Below, one piece after another: positions 19,197 through 29,740 of a DNA stretch of 60,962 nucleotides. Each line of letters starts with the position of its first letter. The first letter of the stretch is position 1. The notes below the pieces were generated by a model. The model saw only the letters and a program-made list of their open reading frames with translations. It was not told where the DNA came from and made no database searches. Source of the DNA: Burkholderiales bacterium (GTDB lineage Bacteria; Pseudomonadota; Gammaproteobacteria; Burkholderiales; SG8-39). The stretch covers positions 126,318-187,279 of the forward strand of contig DATEOW010000006.1 of NCBI GenBank assembly GCA_035273665.1. Reading direction: 5' to 3'. Both the position numbers and the translations under genes were made by a program.

Positions 19197-19950
19197 CGGT
19201 CAAACGGCCGCCCCACACACATCCGGTATCGAGCGCAAACAAATTCGGTTTAATCACCATGCCCAAGGCCGACCAATGTCCGAAGATGATCCGCACGTCC
19301 GTAGATCGACGCGTCGCCACTTCGAACCATGGCATATAACCCGGAGGCGCGCCGGCAGCCTCTCCCTTGGCTTTGAAATCCATGACACCTTCGGGTGTGC
19401 AAAAGCGCAGACGCGTCATCGCATTGACGATGACGCGCAGGCGATCCATCCCGCGCAACGATTCATCCCAACAATTCGGTCTGCTCCCGTACAGCTCGGC
19501 AAAAAACATGTCCGCTGCTACGCCGTGCAGCTCCGCTTCGACTTCCGCTGCAAACTCTGCGGCTTGCGAAGCACTCCACTGTGGCAGCAATCCCGCATGC
19601 ACCAGCAGATACTCATCCTCGCGATATAAGAGCGGGCGCATCCGCAACCAGTCGATCAACTCTTTTCGATCCGGCGCAGCGAGAATTTCATCCAGCGTGT
19701 CGTCCTCGCGTTTCTTGGCATAGCCTGCAGCGAGAGCCAGTAAATGCAAGTCGTGGTTGCCCTGGACAGTGACCGCCCGATTCCCCAAATCTTTTACGAA
19801 GCGCAAGACGGCGAGCGAGTCGGGACCGCGGTTGACCAGGTCGCCAGTAAACCAAAGACGATCATGCGCCGCGTCGAATCGAATGATGCTCAGCAACGTA
19901 TGCAAAGGCTGCATACAGCCTTGCAAGTCGCCGATCGCATAAGTTGCCAT
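19150..19950 (-). CDS. apaH: Symmetrical bis(5'-nucleosyl)-tetraphosphatase
   Basis: 266 aa. MATYAIGDLQGC, GDLVNRGPDS and GNHDLHLL metallophosphoesterase motifs. Confidence 0.94.
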   Translation of the reverse strand: MATYAIGDLQGCMQPLHTLLSIIRFDAAHDRLWFTGDLVNRGPDSLAVLRFVKDLGNRAVTVQGNHDLHLLALAAGYAKKREDDTLDEILAAPDRKELIDWLRMRPLLYREDEYLLVHAGLLPQWSASQAAEFAAEVEAELHGVAADMFFAELYGSRPNCWDESLRGMDRLRVIVNAMTRLRFCTPEGVMDFKAKGEAAGAPPGYMPWFEVATRRSTDVRIIFGHWSALGMVIKPNLFALDTGCVWGGRLTAIRLEDQQVFQCACG

Positions 19951-21434
19951 TACAACCCCCGCCGATACTGAATCGCCTCAGCGACGTGCGCTTCTCCGAT
20001 GCGTTGGTCTTGCGCGAGATCAGCGATGCTGCGTGCGAGTTTGAGAATGCGGTGATAAGCGCGTGCCGACAGTTGCAGACGGCTCATTGCGTTACGCAGC
20101 AAAGCCTCGGCGGAACTATCGGCGCGACAATGCATTTCGACCTCCTTCGCATCGAGCTCACCGTTGGCTTTGCCTTGGCGATTTAGCTGGATGGAAAACG
20201 CACGCTCTACGCGCGCGCGAACCACATTGCTGGATTCGCCGCTTTCGCCCTTGAGGTCGTCATGAGGGACCACGGGTACTTCGATTTGCATATCGATTCG
20301 ATCGAGAAGCGGTCCCGAAATCTTGCCGCGGTATCTTGCCACTTGATCGGGCGTACAGCGGCATCGCTCGTTGTAATGGCCAAGATAACCGCAGGGGCAA
20401 GGGTTCATTGCGGCCACAAGTTGAAAGCGCGCGGGAAATTCCGCTTTATGTGCGGCCCGCGAAATGGACACGCGACCTGATTCCAAGGGTTCACGCAACA
20501 CTTCGAGAACCCGCCTATCGAATTCCGGGAGTTCGTCAAGAAAGAGGATGCCCCGATGAGCCAACGATATTTCTCCGGGGCGGGGATCCGCACCGCCGCC
20601 GACCAATGCAACCGCCGAGGCGGTGTGATGCGGCGAGCGATAGGGGCGGTGACCCCAAGTCGACGCATTGAAGCCACCGGCCAAAGATTGCAATGCCGCG
20701 GTTTCAAGCGCCTCTGCTTCACTCATAGATGGAAGCAGACTTGGCATGCGCGCCGCAAGCATCGATTTGCCGGTGCCGGGAGGACCAATCATCAACAGAC
20801 TGTGTTGCCCGGCAGCCGCGACTTCAACCGCGCGCTTCGCTTGCCGCTGCCCTTTGACCTCGGCAAGATCAGGGCCGACGTTGGCAATCTCCACCGCAGG
20901 ACACGGCAAACGGGTGAGCGCCGATGTGCCGCTTAAATGTGCGCATACGGCCAAGAGACTGCCGGCGGGATACACCGCGGCGCTACGCACTAAGGCGGCC
21001 TCATCGCCACTCGCTCGCGGCAAAATAAAAGCGCGACCGCAGCGAGCGGCGCTATAGGTCATCGCCAAGGCGCCGCGAATTGCGCGCAAATCCCCCGACA
21101 GGGAAAGCTCGCCGGCGAATTCGTATTCACTCAATTTTCCAGCGGGAATCTGTGCAGAAGCGGCGAGGATGCCGAGCGCGATGGGCAGATCGAAACGCCC
21201 ACTTTCCTTCGGTAGATCCGCAGGCGCTAAGTTGACGGTGATCCGGCGCGCGGGGAATTCGAATTTGCAGTTAACCAGCGCTGCGCGCACCCGATCTTTC
21301 GCTTCCTTCACTTCCGTATCGGGCAAGCCAACGATGGTGAAACTCGGCAGACCATTGGCCAGGTGAACTTCGACCGTTACGCTTGGCGCTTCGGCTCCTT
21401 GTAGCGCTCGGCTATGCAGAACTGCAAGCGCCAT
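19950..21434 (-). CDS. comM: YifB/ComM-family Mg-chelatase-like AAA+ ATPase
   Basis: The typical N-terminus MALAVLHSRALQGAEAPSVTVEVHLANGLPSFTIVGLP starts at ATG 21434, 10 nt after the ubiK stop. Walker A GPPGTGKS. TAATG overlap with the apaH start. Confidence 0.93.
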   Translation of the reverse strand: MALAVLHSRALQGAEAPSVTVEVHLANGLPSFTIVGLPDTEVKEAKDRVRAALVNCKFEFPARRITVNLAPADLPKESGRFDLPIALGILAASAQIPAGKLSEYEFAGELSLSGDLRAIRGALAMTYSAARCGRAFILPRASGDEAALVRSAAVYPAGSLLAVCAHLSGTSALTRLPCPAVEIANVGPDLAEVKGQRQAKRAVEVAAAGQHSLLMIGPPGTGKSMLAARMPSLLPSMSEAEALETAALQSLAGGFNASTWGHRPYRSPHHTASAVALVGGGADPRPGEISLAHRGILFLDELPEFDRRVLEVLREPLESGRVSISRAAHKAEFPARFQLVAAMNPCPCGYLGHYNERCRCTPDQVARYRGKISGPLLDRIDMQIEVPVVPHDDLKGESGESSNVVRARVERAFSIQLNRQGKANGELDAKEVEMHCRADSSAEALLRNAMSRLQLSARAYHRILKLARSIADLAQDQRIGEAHVAEAIQYRRGL

Positions 21435-21444
21435 AAAGCGGGGG

Positions 21445-21687
21445 CTACTGGTCCTTGCGCTGCGCCTCGGCGGCGGCCAGACGCGCTTCGAGTTCGGCAA
21501 GCTTTTCGCGGGTCCGCGCAAGCAGTTGCGCTTGCACATCGAACTCTTCCCGCGTCACCAAATCGAGCCGGCTAAACGCCGAACTCATCATGGCCCGCAA
21601 ATTCCGCTCAAGGTCTTTCGCCGGACTCTGGCTGAAGATTTCAGCCATGCGCCGGTTCAACTCTTCGAGGAATTCAGGCATTTGCAT
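21445..21687 (-). CDS. ubiK: Ubiquinone biosynthesis accessory factor UbiK (BMFP/YqiC family)
   Basis: 80 aa. SRLDLVTREEFDVQAQLLARTREKLAELEARL coiled coil typical of UbiK. ubiK-comM synteny is common. Confidence 0.88.
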   Translation of the reverse strand: MQMPEFLEELNRRMAEIFSQSPAKDLERNLRAMMSSAFSRLDLVTREEFDVQAQLLARTREKLAELEARLAAAEAQRKDQ

Positions 21688-21735
21688 GCGGCGAGTCTAG
21701 CACGGCTCCTCGGACGCTCTTCGGACCGAGGACTT

Positions 21736-21773
21736 AGCACTGCGTTGGTGCCTGGCCTCAGCAACGCGCACCA
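21736..21773. promoter_or_regulatory. NtrC-type enhancer-like site(s)
   Basis: AGCACT-GCGTT-GGTGCC (21736-21752) fits TGCACC-N5-GGTGCA at 9 of 12 defined positions. An extra half-site GCACCA lies at 21768-21773. About 100 nt upstream of the -24/-12 element. Confidence 0.5.
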
Positions 21774-21844
21774 ACTTGAGGCCGTTTACCCCTCAATAAG
21801 CGGACCCCCTCTTGCAACCCTTTGATAATTCACTTGAATACAAC

Positions 21845-21860
21845 TGGCATATGAAATGCT
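21845..21860 (+). promoter_or_regulatory. Sigma54 (-24/-12) promoter of porin-glnK-amtB operon
   Basis: TGGCAT-ATGAA-ATGCT. GG (21846-47) and GC (21858-59) have exactly the spacing of consensus TGGCACG-N4-TTGCW. Lies 50 nt upstream of ATG 21911. Confidence 0.65.
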
Positions 21861-21910
21861 GAAAGGGCGCTGCTGTTATTTACTTCGCAAAACATGACAA
21901 GGGGCTCGGA

Positions 21911-23039
<1,129 letters not shown>

Positions 23040-23054
23040 GGGGAGAAATCGATA

Positions 23055-24536
23055 ATGAAGCGTTTAATCGCTTTGCTTGCCATGTTCGCCGCGCTATGTT
23101 TTGCAGCGCCGGGAATGGCACAAGACACGGCCGCTTCGGCTGCCGACACGCCCGCTGCTGCAGCAACAGCCGACGCAGCAGCGCCTGCGGCACCCGCCCC
23201 AACGCCCGATAAGGGCGACGTGGCATGGTTGCTCACTTGCACCGCTTTGGTATTGTTGATGAGCGTGCCCGCCCTCGCACTCTTCTACGGTGGGTTAGTG
23301 CGCGCGAAGAACATGCTTTCGGTTTTGATGCAGGTCTTCGTGGTCTTTTCCATGGTTGCGGTGCTTTGGTGCATCTACGGTTACAGCCTCGCTTTCACGG
23401 AGGGCAACGCTTTCTTTGGCGGCTTTGACCGGCTATTCCTAAAAGGCACATTCGACCCGGCCTCCGGTGCATTCTCAATGGGTGCAACTTTCAGCAAAGG
23501 CGTCGTCATCCCCGAGCTGTTGTTCGTCGCCTTCCAGGCGACCTTCGCCGCGATCACCTGCGCGCTGATCGTCGGTGCATTCGCCGAGCGGATCCGCTTC
23601 TCCGCAGTGCTGATCTTCACGGTTATCTGGTTCACCTTCGCCTATGTGCCGATGGCACACATGGTGTGGTTCTGGATGGGGCCCGATGCCTATACCGACG
23701 CCGCTCTAGCGGATGGCCTGACGGCAAAAGCCGGTTTGCTCTGGCAGTGGGGTGCGCTCGACTTCGCGGGTGGCACGGTGGTTCACATCAATGCTGGTGT
23801 TGCCGGGCTCGTGGGCGCCTATGTGTTGGGCAAACGCATCGGCTACGGCAAGGAAGCGATGAGTCCCCATAACCTCACCATGACCATGATCGGTGCTTCA
23901 TTGCTGTGGTTCGGCTGGTTCGGCTTCAACGCCGGCTCCGCCTTGGAGGCGGGTAACTTTGCGGTCCTCGCTTTCATCAACACCTTTATGGCAACGGCAT
24001 GCGCAGTGTTGTCCTGGACCTTTGCCGAATGGATCATCAAAGGCAAACCCTCGATGCTCGGCGCGGCTTCCGGTGCAGTGGCGGGTCTTGTGGCGATCAC
24101 GCCTGCCGCCGGCAACGTCGGCATCATCGGCGCGCTCGTGATCGGTTTACTGGCCGGTATCGTCTGCCTCTGGGCTGTGAACGGTTTGAAGAAAATGTTG
24201 GGCGCGGACGATTCGCTCGACGTGTTCGGCGTGCACGGTGTCGGCGGTATCCTCGGTGCATTGCTCACCGGCGTATTCAACTCTCCTGCGCTCGGCGGCC
24301 CCGGCTTCCCGGCAAGCTGGGTCACGCTAGAGATGGTCGGTGCGGCGGATTACTCGATCATGAGCCAAGTGATCATTCAGGCGAAAGCGGTCGGTGTCTG
24401 CATCGTTTGGTCGGCAGTCGTTGCGTTCATCGCTTACAAGGTGGCGGACATCATTGTCGGCCTGCGTGTGACCGAAGAAGAAGAACGCGAGGGTCTGGAC
24501 ATCAATTCGCACGGCGAAACGGCCTATCACATGTAG
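23055..24536 (+). CDS. amtB: Ammonium transporter
   Basis: 493 aa. Signal peptide, Amt signatures DFAGGTVVHINAGVAGL and FGVHGVGGILGALLTG. Confidence 0.96.
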   Translation: MKRLIALLAMFAALCFAAPGMAQDTAASAADTPAAAATADAAAPAAPAPTPDKGDVAWLLTCTALVLLMSVPALALFYGGLVRAKNMLSVLMQVFVVFSMVAVLWCIYGYSLAFTEGNAFFGGFDRLFLKGTFDPASGAFSMGATFSKGVVIPELLFVAFQATFAAITCALIVGAFAERIRFSAVLIFTVIWFTFAYVPMAHMVWFWMGPDAYTDAALADGLTAKAGLLWQWGALDFAGGTVVHINAGVAGLVGAYVLGKRIGYGKEAMSPHNLTMTMIGASLLWFGWFGFNAGSALEAGNFAVLAFINTFMATACAVLSWTFAEWIIKGKPSMLGAASGAVAGLVAITPAAGNVGIIGALVIGLLAGIVCLWAVNGLKKMLGADDSLDVFGVHGVGGILGALLTGVFNSPALGGPGFPASWVTLEMVGAADYSIMSQVIIQAKAVGVCIVWSAVVAFIAYKVADIIVGLRVTEEEEREGLDINSHGETAYHM

Positions 24537-24578
24537 TCGTAGCACGAGCGCGGTTCTCCTCACCGCACTCCTCCATTC

Positions 24579-24605
24579 AACGGGCGCTTCGGCGCCCGTT
24601 TTTTT
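24579..24605 (+). terminator. Rho-independent terminator after amtB
   Basis: AACGGGCGC (24579-87), loop TTCG, GCGCCCGTT (24592-600), running into T7. Confidence 0.85.
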
Positions 24606-24705
24606 GCTTATGAGCGCATCGCCAGCTTAAATTGACAGTACGGCGGGGAGCCTTTAGCCTCTGCCTTCCTCGTGGCGGGATGTCCCCGCCTGACTCAAGT
24701 CTTCC

Positions 24706-27700
24706 ATGCAACCCGACCGCAGTATCGAACTTCGCTCCTTGCTCGAACGCCGCATCCTCATCATCGATGGTGCGATGGGCACGATGATCCAAACCTACAA
24801 GCTGAGTGAGGCTCAGTATCGCGGTGACCGTTTCGCCGACTGGCCGCGCGACGTGAAGGGCAATAACGATCTGCTTGGATTGACCCAACCGCAAATCATC
24901 CGCGCGATTCACGAGCAATACGTGCAAGCGGGCGCGGACATTGTAGAAACGAACACTTTCAATTCGAACGCGCCGTCGATGGCCGATTACGGCATGCAGG
25001 AATTGGTGTACGAATTGAATTTCAACGCCGCCAAACTGGCGCGTGAAGTTTGCGATCAATACAGCACAGCGGACAAGCCGCGCTTCGTCGCCGGGGTTCT
25101 TGGACCGACGAGTAAGACGGCGTCCATCTCGCCGGACGTGAACGATCCGGGTTTTCGCAATATCAGCTTCGATCAATTGGTTGAGGCGTATACGGAGAGC
25201 TTGCGAGGACTTGTCGAAGGCGGGGCCGATCTCATCATGATCGAAACGATTTTCGACACGCTCAATGCCAAGGCGGCGGTGTTTGCGGTTGAAACTTATT
25301 TCGACGAGATCGGCGCACGGCTGCCGGTCATGATTTCGGGCACCATCACCGACGCTTCGGGCCGGACCCTCACCGGTCAAACGCCGGAAGCTTTTTGGAA
25401 TTCGCTCTCGCATGCGAAGCCGATCACCATCGGTTTGAATTGCGCGCTCGGCGCGGCGTTGATGCGGCCGTATATCGAAGAGCTCTCCAATGTTGCGGAT
25501 ACATACTTATGTTGTTATCCCAACGCAGGATTGCCGAATCCACTTTCGGAAACCGGCTACGACGAAACCCCTGCGTCGACGTCAAGCCAGTTGCAAGAGT
25601 TCGCCCAGGCAGGATTTCTTAACGTGGTAGGCGGCTGCTGCGGTACCACGCCGCCGCATATCAAAGCAATTGCGGAAGCGGTCGCAAAGTTTCCCCCTCG
25701 CAAAGTCCCCGTCATTGAAAAGAAGCTACGTCTCTCCGGTTTGGAGCCGCAGAACATCGGAGACGACAGCTTATTTGTCAATGTGGGAGAGCGCACAAAC
25801 GTCACGGGCTCCAAGGCCTTCGCACGCATGATTCTCGCCGGAGATTATGCGGCCGCATTGTCAGTCGCTCGGCAGCAAGTGGAGAACGGCGCGCAGATCA
25901 TCGATATCAACATGGACGAAGCGATGCTCGATTCGCAGAAGGCCATGGTCACCTTCCTGAATCTTATCGCCGCAGAGCCGGATATCTCTCGCGTGCCGAT
26001 CATGATCGACAGCTCGAAATGGTCCGTGATCGAAGCCGGCTTGAAGTGCATGCAAGGCAAAGGCATCGTCAATTCCATCTCGATGAAAGAAGGCGAAGCC
26101 GAATTCATCAAACACGCGAAGCTCACTCGCCGCTACGGCGCCGCGGCGGTCGTCATGGCTTTCGATGAACAAGGTCAGGCCGACACGCTTGAGCGCCGAA
26201 AAACCATTTGCGCGCGCAGTTACGACATTCTTGTCAATCAAGTTGGGTTCCCGCCCGAAGACATTATTTTTGATCCGAATATCTTCGCGATCGCAACCGG
26301 ACTGGAAGAACACAACAACTATGGCATCGATTACATCGAAGGCACACGCTGGGTAAAGGAAAACCTGCCCTACGCGAAAGTCAGCGGCGGCGTGTCCAAT
26401 ATGTCGTTTTCCTTTCGCGGCAACGAGCCGGTGCGAGAGGCGATGCATACAGTATTTCTGTATTACGCCATTCAAGCCGGGATGACCATGGGGATCGTCA
26501 ATGCCGGGCAGCTCGGCGTGTACTCCGAAATTCCAGCCGACCTGCTCGAGCGCATCGAAGACGTCATTTTTAATCGCCGGCCGGATGCGACCGAGCGGCT
26601 GGTGACTTTTGCCGAAACGGTTAAAGGCTCGGGCAAAGCCAAGGAAGAGGATCTCGCTTGGCGCAATACGCCGGTGAACGAACGGCTTGCGCACGCGCTC
26701 GTTCGCGGAATCACGGATTACGTGGTGGAGGATACGGAAGAGGCGCGCAAGAACTATCCGCGTCCCATTCAGGTGATCGAAGGCCCCTTGATGGATGGTA
26801 TGAACATCGTTGGCGATCTATTCGGCGCCGGGAAAATGTTCTTGCCGCAGGTGGTGAAGTCTGCGCGTGTAATGAAGCAGGCGGTCGCGCACCTGATTCC
26901 TTATATCGAAGAAGAAAAGTTGCGCTCAGGCGATACCTCGACCAAGGGCAAAATCGTCATCGCTACGGTAAAAGGCGATGTACACGACATCGGCAAGAAC
27001 ATCGTCGCAGTCGTGTTGCAATGTAATAACTTCGAAGTAGTGAACCTTGGCGTGATGGTGCCCGCACAAAAAATCCTGCAAACCGCACGGGATGAAAACT
27101 GCGACGTCATCGGTTTATCGGGGTTGATTACGCCGTCGCTGGAAGAAATGGCGCATGTGGCGCACGAAATGGAGCGCGAAGGCTTCAAGATTCCGCTGTT
27201 GATCGGTGGCGCGACGACTTCACGCGTTCATACGGCTGTAAAAATTGCGCCGCATTACAGCGGACCGGTCGTCTATGTCCCGGATGCGTCTCGCTCCGTC
27301 GGCGTTTGCACCAGCCTGATTTCACCTGAGTTGCGGGAGAGCTACTTTAAAAGCGTACGCGAGGATTACGACCGGGTTCGTACCCAGCATGCCTCGAAAA
27401 AAGCGCTGCCCCTGGTTTCCATCGAAACGGCGCGTGCCAATCAGCAATCGATCGACTGGGTGGGATACGCACCACCCAAACCCAAACACCTGGGCCGCAT
27501 GGTATTTGAGAATTACGATTTGGCGCAGATCGCCAAATACATCGACTGGTCGCCATTCTTTCAGACCTGGGATTTAGCCGGCGCTTATCCGAAGATTCTT
27601 GAAGACAAAGTCGTAGGGGAAGCCGCACGCAACGTCTTTCGCGATGCACAGGCAATGTTGAAGAAAATGATCGCTGAGAAATGGGTGCGTGCCAACGGCG

Positions 27701-28377
27701 TTATCGCGCTATTCCCCGCCAATCGCGTCGGCGACGATATCGAGCTCTATGCCGACGACACGCGCAGCGCCGTATTGTCCGTCGTGCATACCCTCCGCCA
27801 ACAGGCGGAAAAGGCGGAAGACCGCTTCAATCACGCGCTCGCGGACTACATTGCGCCGAAAGACTCGGGGCGAGCGGACTATCTGGGCATGTTCGCCGTA
27901 ACGGCCGGCCTAGATTGCGAAGAAAAAGTGAAGCGCTTTGAGGCGGCACAAGACGACTACAACGCCATTATGGTGAAAGCTTTGGCCGATCGTCTGGCCG
28001 AGGCCTTCGCGGAACTCATGCATGCGCGCGTGCGCCGCGAGTTCTGGGGCTACGCTTCAGCCGAGACCTTGAGCAATGAAGAAATGATCGCGGAAAAATA
28101 TGCCGGCATTCGTCCGGCGCCCGGCTACCCAGCCTGTCCTGATCACACCGAGAAAGGCACGATGTTCGAACTACTCGACGCCGCCAGCCTCGGTATTACG
28201 ATTACCGAAAACTTCGCCATGTGGCCGCCCGCATCGGTGAGCGGCTATTATTTTTCACACCCGGAATCCCGCTATTTCAACGTCGGAAAAATCGGCCGCG
28301 ATCAGCTCGAAGATTATGCTGCGCGTAAGCGTTTCGATCTCGCGGTCGCCGAACGCTGGCTGGCACCGCTTTTATAA
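24706..28377 (+). CDS. metH: Cobalamin-dependent methionine synthase
   Basis: 1223 aa with all modules: Hcy-binding ([11 protein letters not shown]), pterin-binding, B12-binding ([11 protein letters not shown]) and AdoMet activation domain. Confidence 0.97.
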   Translation: MQPDRSIELRSLLERRILIIDGAMGTMIQTYKLSEAQYRGDRFADWPRDVKGNNDLLGLTQPQIIRAIHEQYVQAGADIVETNTFNSNAPSMADYGMQELVYELNFNAAKLAREVCDQYSTADKPRFVAGVLGPTSKTASISPDVNDPGFRNISFDQLVEAYTESLRGLVEGGADLIMIETIFDTLNAKAAVFAVETYFDEIGARLPVMISGTITDASGRTLTGQTPEAFWNSLSHAKPITIGLNCALGAALMRPYIEELSNVADTYLCCYPNAGLPNPLSETGYDETPASTSSQLQEFAQAGFLNVVGGCCGTTPPHIKAIAEAVAKFPPRKVPVIEKKLRLSGLEPQNIGDDSLFVNVGERTNVTGSKAFARMILAGDYAAALSVARQQVENGAQIIDINMDEAMLDSQKAMVTFLNLIAAEPDISRVPIMIDSSKWSVIEAGLKCMQGKGIVNSISMKEGEAEFIKHAKLTRRYGAAAVVMAFDEQGQADTLERRKTICARSYDILVNQVGFPPEDIIFDPNIFAIATGLEEHNNYGIDYIEGTRWVKENLPYAKVSGGVSNMSFSFRGNEPVREAMHTVFLYYAIQAGMTMGIVNAGQLGVYSEIPADLLERIEDVIFNRRPDATERLVTFAETVKGSGKAKEEDLAWRNTPVNERLAHALVRGITDYVVEDTEEARKNYPRPIQVIEGPLMDGMNIVGDLFGAGKMFLPQVVKSARVMKQAVAHLIPYIEEEKLRSGDTSTKGKIVIATVKGDVHDIGKNIVAVVLQCNNFEVVNLGVMVPAQKILQTARDENCDVIGLSGLITPSLEEMAHVAHEMEREGFKIPLLIGGATTSRVHTAVKIAPHYSGPVVYVPDASRSVGVCTSLISPELRESYFKSVREDYDRVRTQHASKKALPLVSIETARANQQSIDWVGYAPPKPKHLGRMVFENYDLAQIAKYIDWSPFFQTWDLAGAYPKILEDKVVGEAARNVFRDAQAMLKKMIAEKWVRANGVIALFPANRVGDDIELYADDTRSAVLSVVHTLRQQAEKAEDRFNHALADYIAPKDSGRADYLGMFAVTAGLDCEEKVKRFEAAQDDYNAIMVKALADRLAEAFAELMHARVRREFWGYASAETLSNEEMIAEKYAGIRPAPGYPACPDHTEKGTMFELLDAASLGITITENFAMWPPASVSGYYFSHPESRYFNVGKIGRDQLEDYAARKRFDLAVAERWLAPLL

Positions 28378-28392
28378 AAGCACGGAGGACAC

Positions 28393-28743
28393 ATGAACAT
28401 CATCCGACATAATCCGCATGGCAAAGTCCTATGCGATGCCGTCGAGCACGGCGGCTTCGTTTTTCTCGGCGGCCAAGTACCTACCGACGTCAACGCGGAC
28501 ATCAAGGGCCAAACGGCGAATGTGTTAGCGCAAATAGACGCCTTGCTGGCCAAGGCCGGCTCGGGGAAATCGAAAATTCTCTCCTGCAATATCTGGCTGG
28601 CCGACATGCGACATCGCGAAGCGATGAACGAAGTGTGGTCCGCCTGGGTAGACCCGCAGAATCTTCCGTGCCGCGCGACGGTTGAAGCCAAGCTGGCCGA
28701 CCATCGCATGCTCGTTGAAATCGCCTGTATCGCGGCCAAGTAA
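28393..28743 (+). CDS. RidA/YjgF-family protein
   Basis: 116 aa. YjgF-like fold sequence (GGFVFLGGQVP ... PCRATVEAKLADHRMLVEIACIA). Confidence 0.85.
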   Translation: MNIIRHNPHGKVLCDAVEHGGFVFLGGQVPTDVNADIKGQTANVLAQIDALLAKAGSGKSKILSCNIWLADMRHREAMNEVWSAWVDPQNLPCRATVEAKLADHRMLVEIACIAAK

Positions 28744-28745
28744 AC

Positions 28746-29237
28746 TTGCTTCACGATGAAACGCTTGCCGATCTCTTAAGCCACTTTCCCCATGAGGGGC
28801 GGGTCGAATGGATTGGCATCCGACCCGAACGCCGCGCGTTACCTGTGACCGTTGACGCCGTTGAAGTGACTGTCGGTGGTTTGATCGGCGACCACTATTC
28901 GGGCCGCAATGGCAAACGCGCCGTAACCTTGATCCAAGCGGAGCATCTGAAGGCAATCGCATCGCTCACCGGAAATAGCCGAGTTGATCCGGCGCTCCTC
29001 CGTCGCAACATCGTCGTGTCCGGCCTCAATCTCGTCGCTTTGAAAGACCGGCGCTTTCGTATCGGCAGTGCGCTGTTAGAGGGAACCGGCGCTTGCGATC
29101 CCTGTTCGCGTATGGAGGAAAATCTGGGCAAAGGCGGCTTGAATGCGATGCGTGGACATGGCGGTCTCAACGCCCGCGTCATTGAACCCGGGTTCATTCG
29201 TATCGGCGACGCCATCACCGTTACGGAAGCAACTTGA
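28746..29237 (+). CDS. MOSC domain-containing protein
   Basis: 163 aa. Only in-frame start is TTG 28746, 2 nt after the RidA stop. The conserved C-terminal Cys context GACDPCSRME is typical of MOSC. Confidence 0.82.
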   Translation: MLHDETLADLLSHFPHEGRVEWIGIRPERRALPVTVDAVEVTVGGLIGDHYSGRNGKRAVTLIQAEHLKAIASLTGNSRVDPALLRRNIVVSGLNLVALKDRRFRIGSALLEGTGACDPCSRMEENLGKGGLNAMRGHGGLNARVIEPGFIRIGDAITVTEAT

Positions 29238-29740
29238 GAAAGCTGCTGTACATGCTGTGCTTGGCAATCGCCCTGAGCGGTTGTTATGAAACGCTCGATT
29301 GGCGCGAATGGCATGCGGAAGACGGCAGTTTCACATTGATGATGCCGGCAAAACCTAGAAGCTTCAGCCGCGAGGTTCTGATTGGCGAAAACAAGTTGAT
29401 TTTGAATATGCTGTCGACAGAGAGCGAGGGCCTCGCATTCGGGATGGCCTACGCAAATGTTCCAGCCGACGCATCGTTCAACTTGCTAAAAGATGCGCGG
29501 GACGCGCTGGTCCGAAATATTGCCGGGCGAGTTAGCAGCGAGAAACTCGTCGAAGTCGGACAAGCAAAGGGGCTCGAGTTTCAAGCAATCGGTACGTCCG
29601 GCGAAACGCCTATGCTCATGGTCGCCCGGATCTTGCGCGACGATCGACGCTTTTATCAAATTGTGTTTGTCGGTCGACAAGATCGCGCTCGAGAAGTCGA
29701 CATCCCCTTCTTCCTGGAATCTTTTAAACCCACGCAGTAA
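29234..29740 (+). CDS. Lipoprotein of unknown function
   Basis: 168 aa. Lipobox LAIALSGC. TTG 29234 overlaps the MOSC stop (ATG 29252 is an alternative). The stop abuts the convergent trkH stop. Confidence 0.7.
   Translation: MRKLLYMLCLAIALSGCYETLDWREWHAEDGSFTLMMPAKPRSFSREVLIGENKLILNMLSTESEGLAFGMAYANVPADASFNLLKDARDALVRNIAGRVSSEKLVEVGQAKGLEFQAIGTSGETPMLMVARILRDDRRFYQIVFVGRQDRAREVDIPFFLESFKPTQ

Noticed and set aside
24577-25413. 278-aa ORF on the minus strand overlapping the amtB terminator and the 5' part of metH
   Set aside because: Arg-rich, domain-free sequence typical of a shadow ORF antisense to a GC-rich gene. The opposite strand encodes an unambiguous full-length MetH.
25861-26694. 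277-aa minus-strand ORF inside metH
   Set aside because: Antisense shadow ORF with no recognisable motifs. It is fully contained within the strongly supported metH reading frame.
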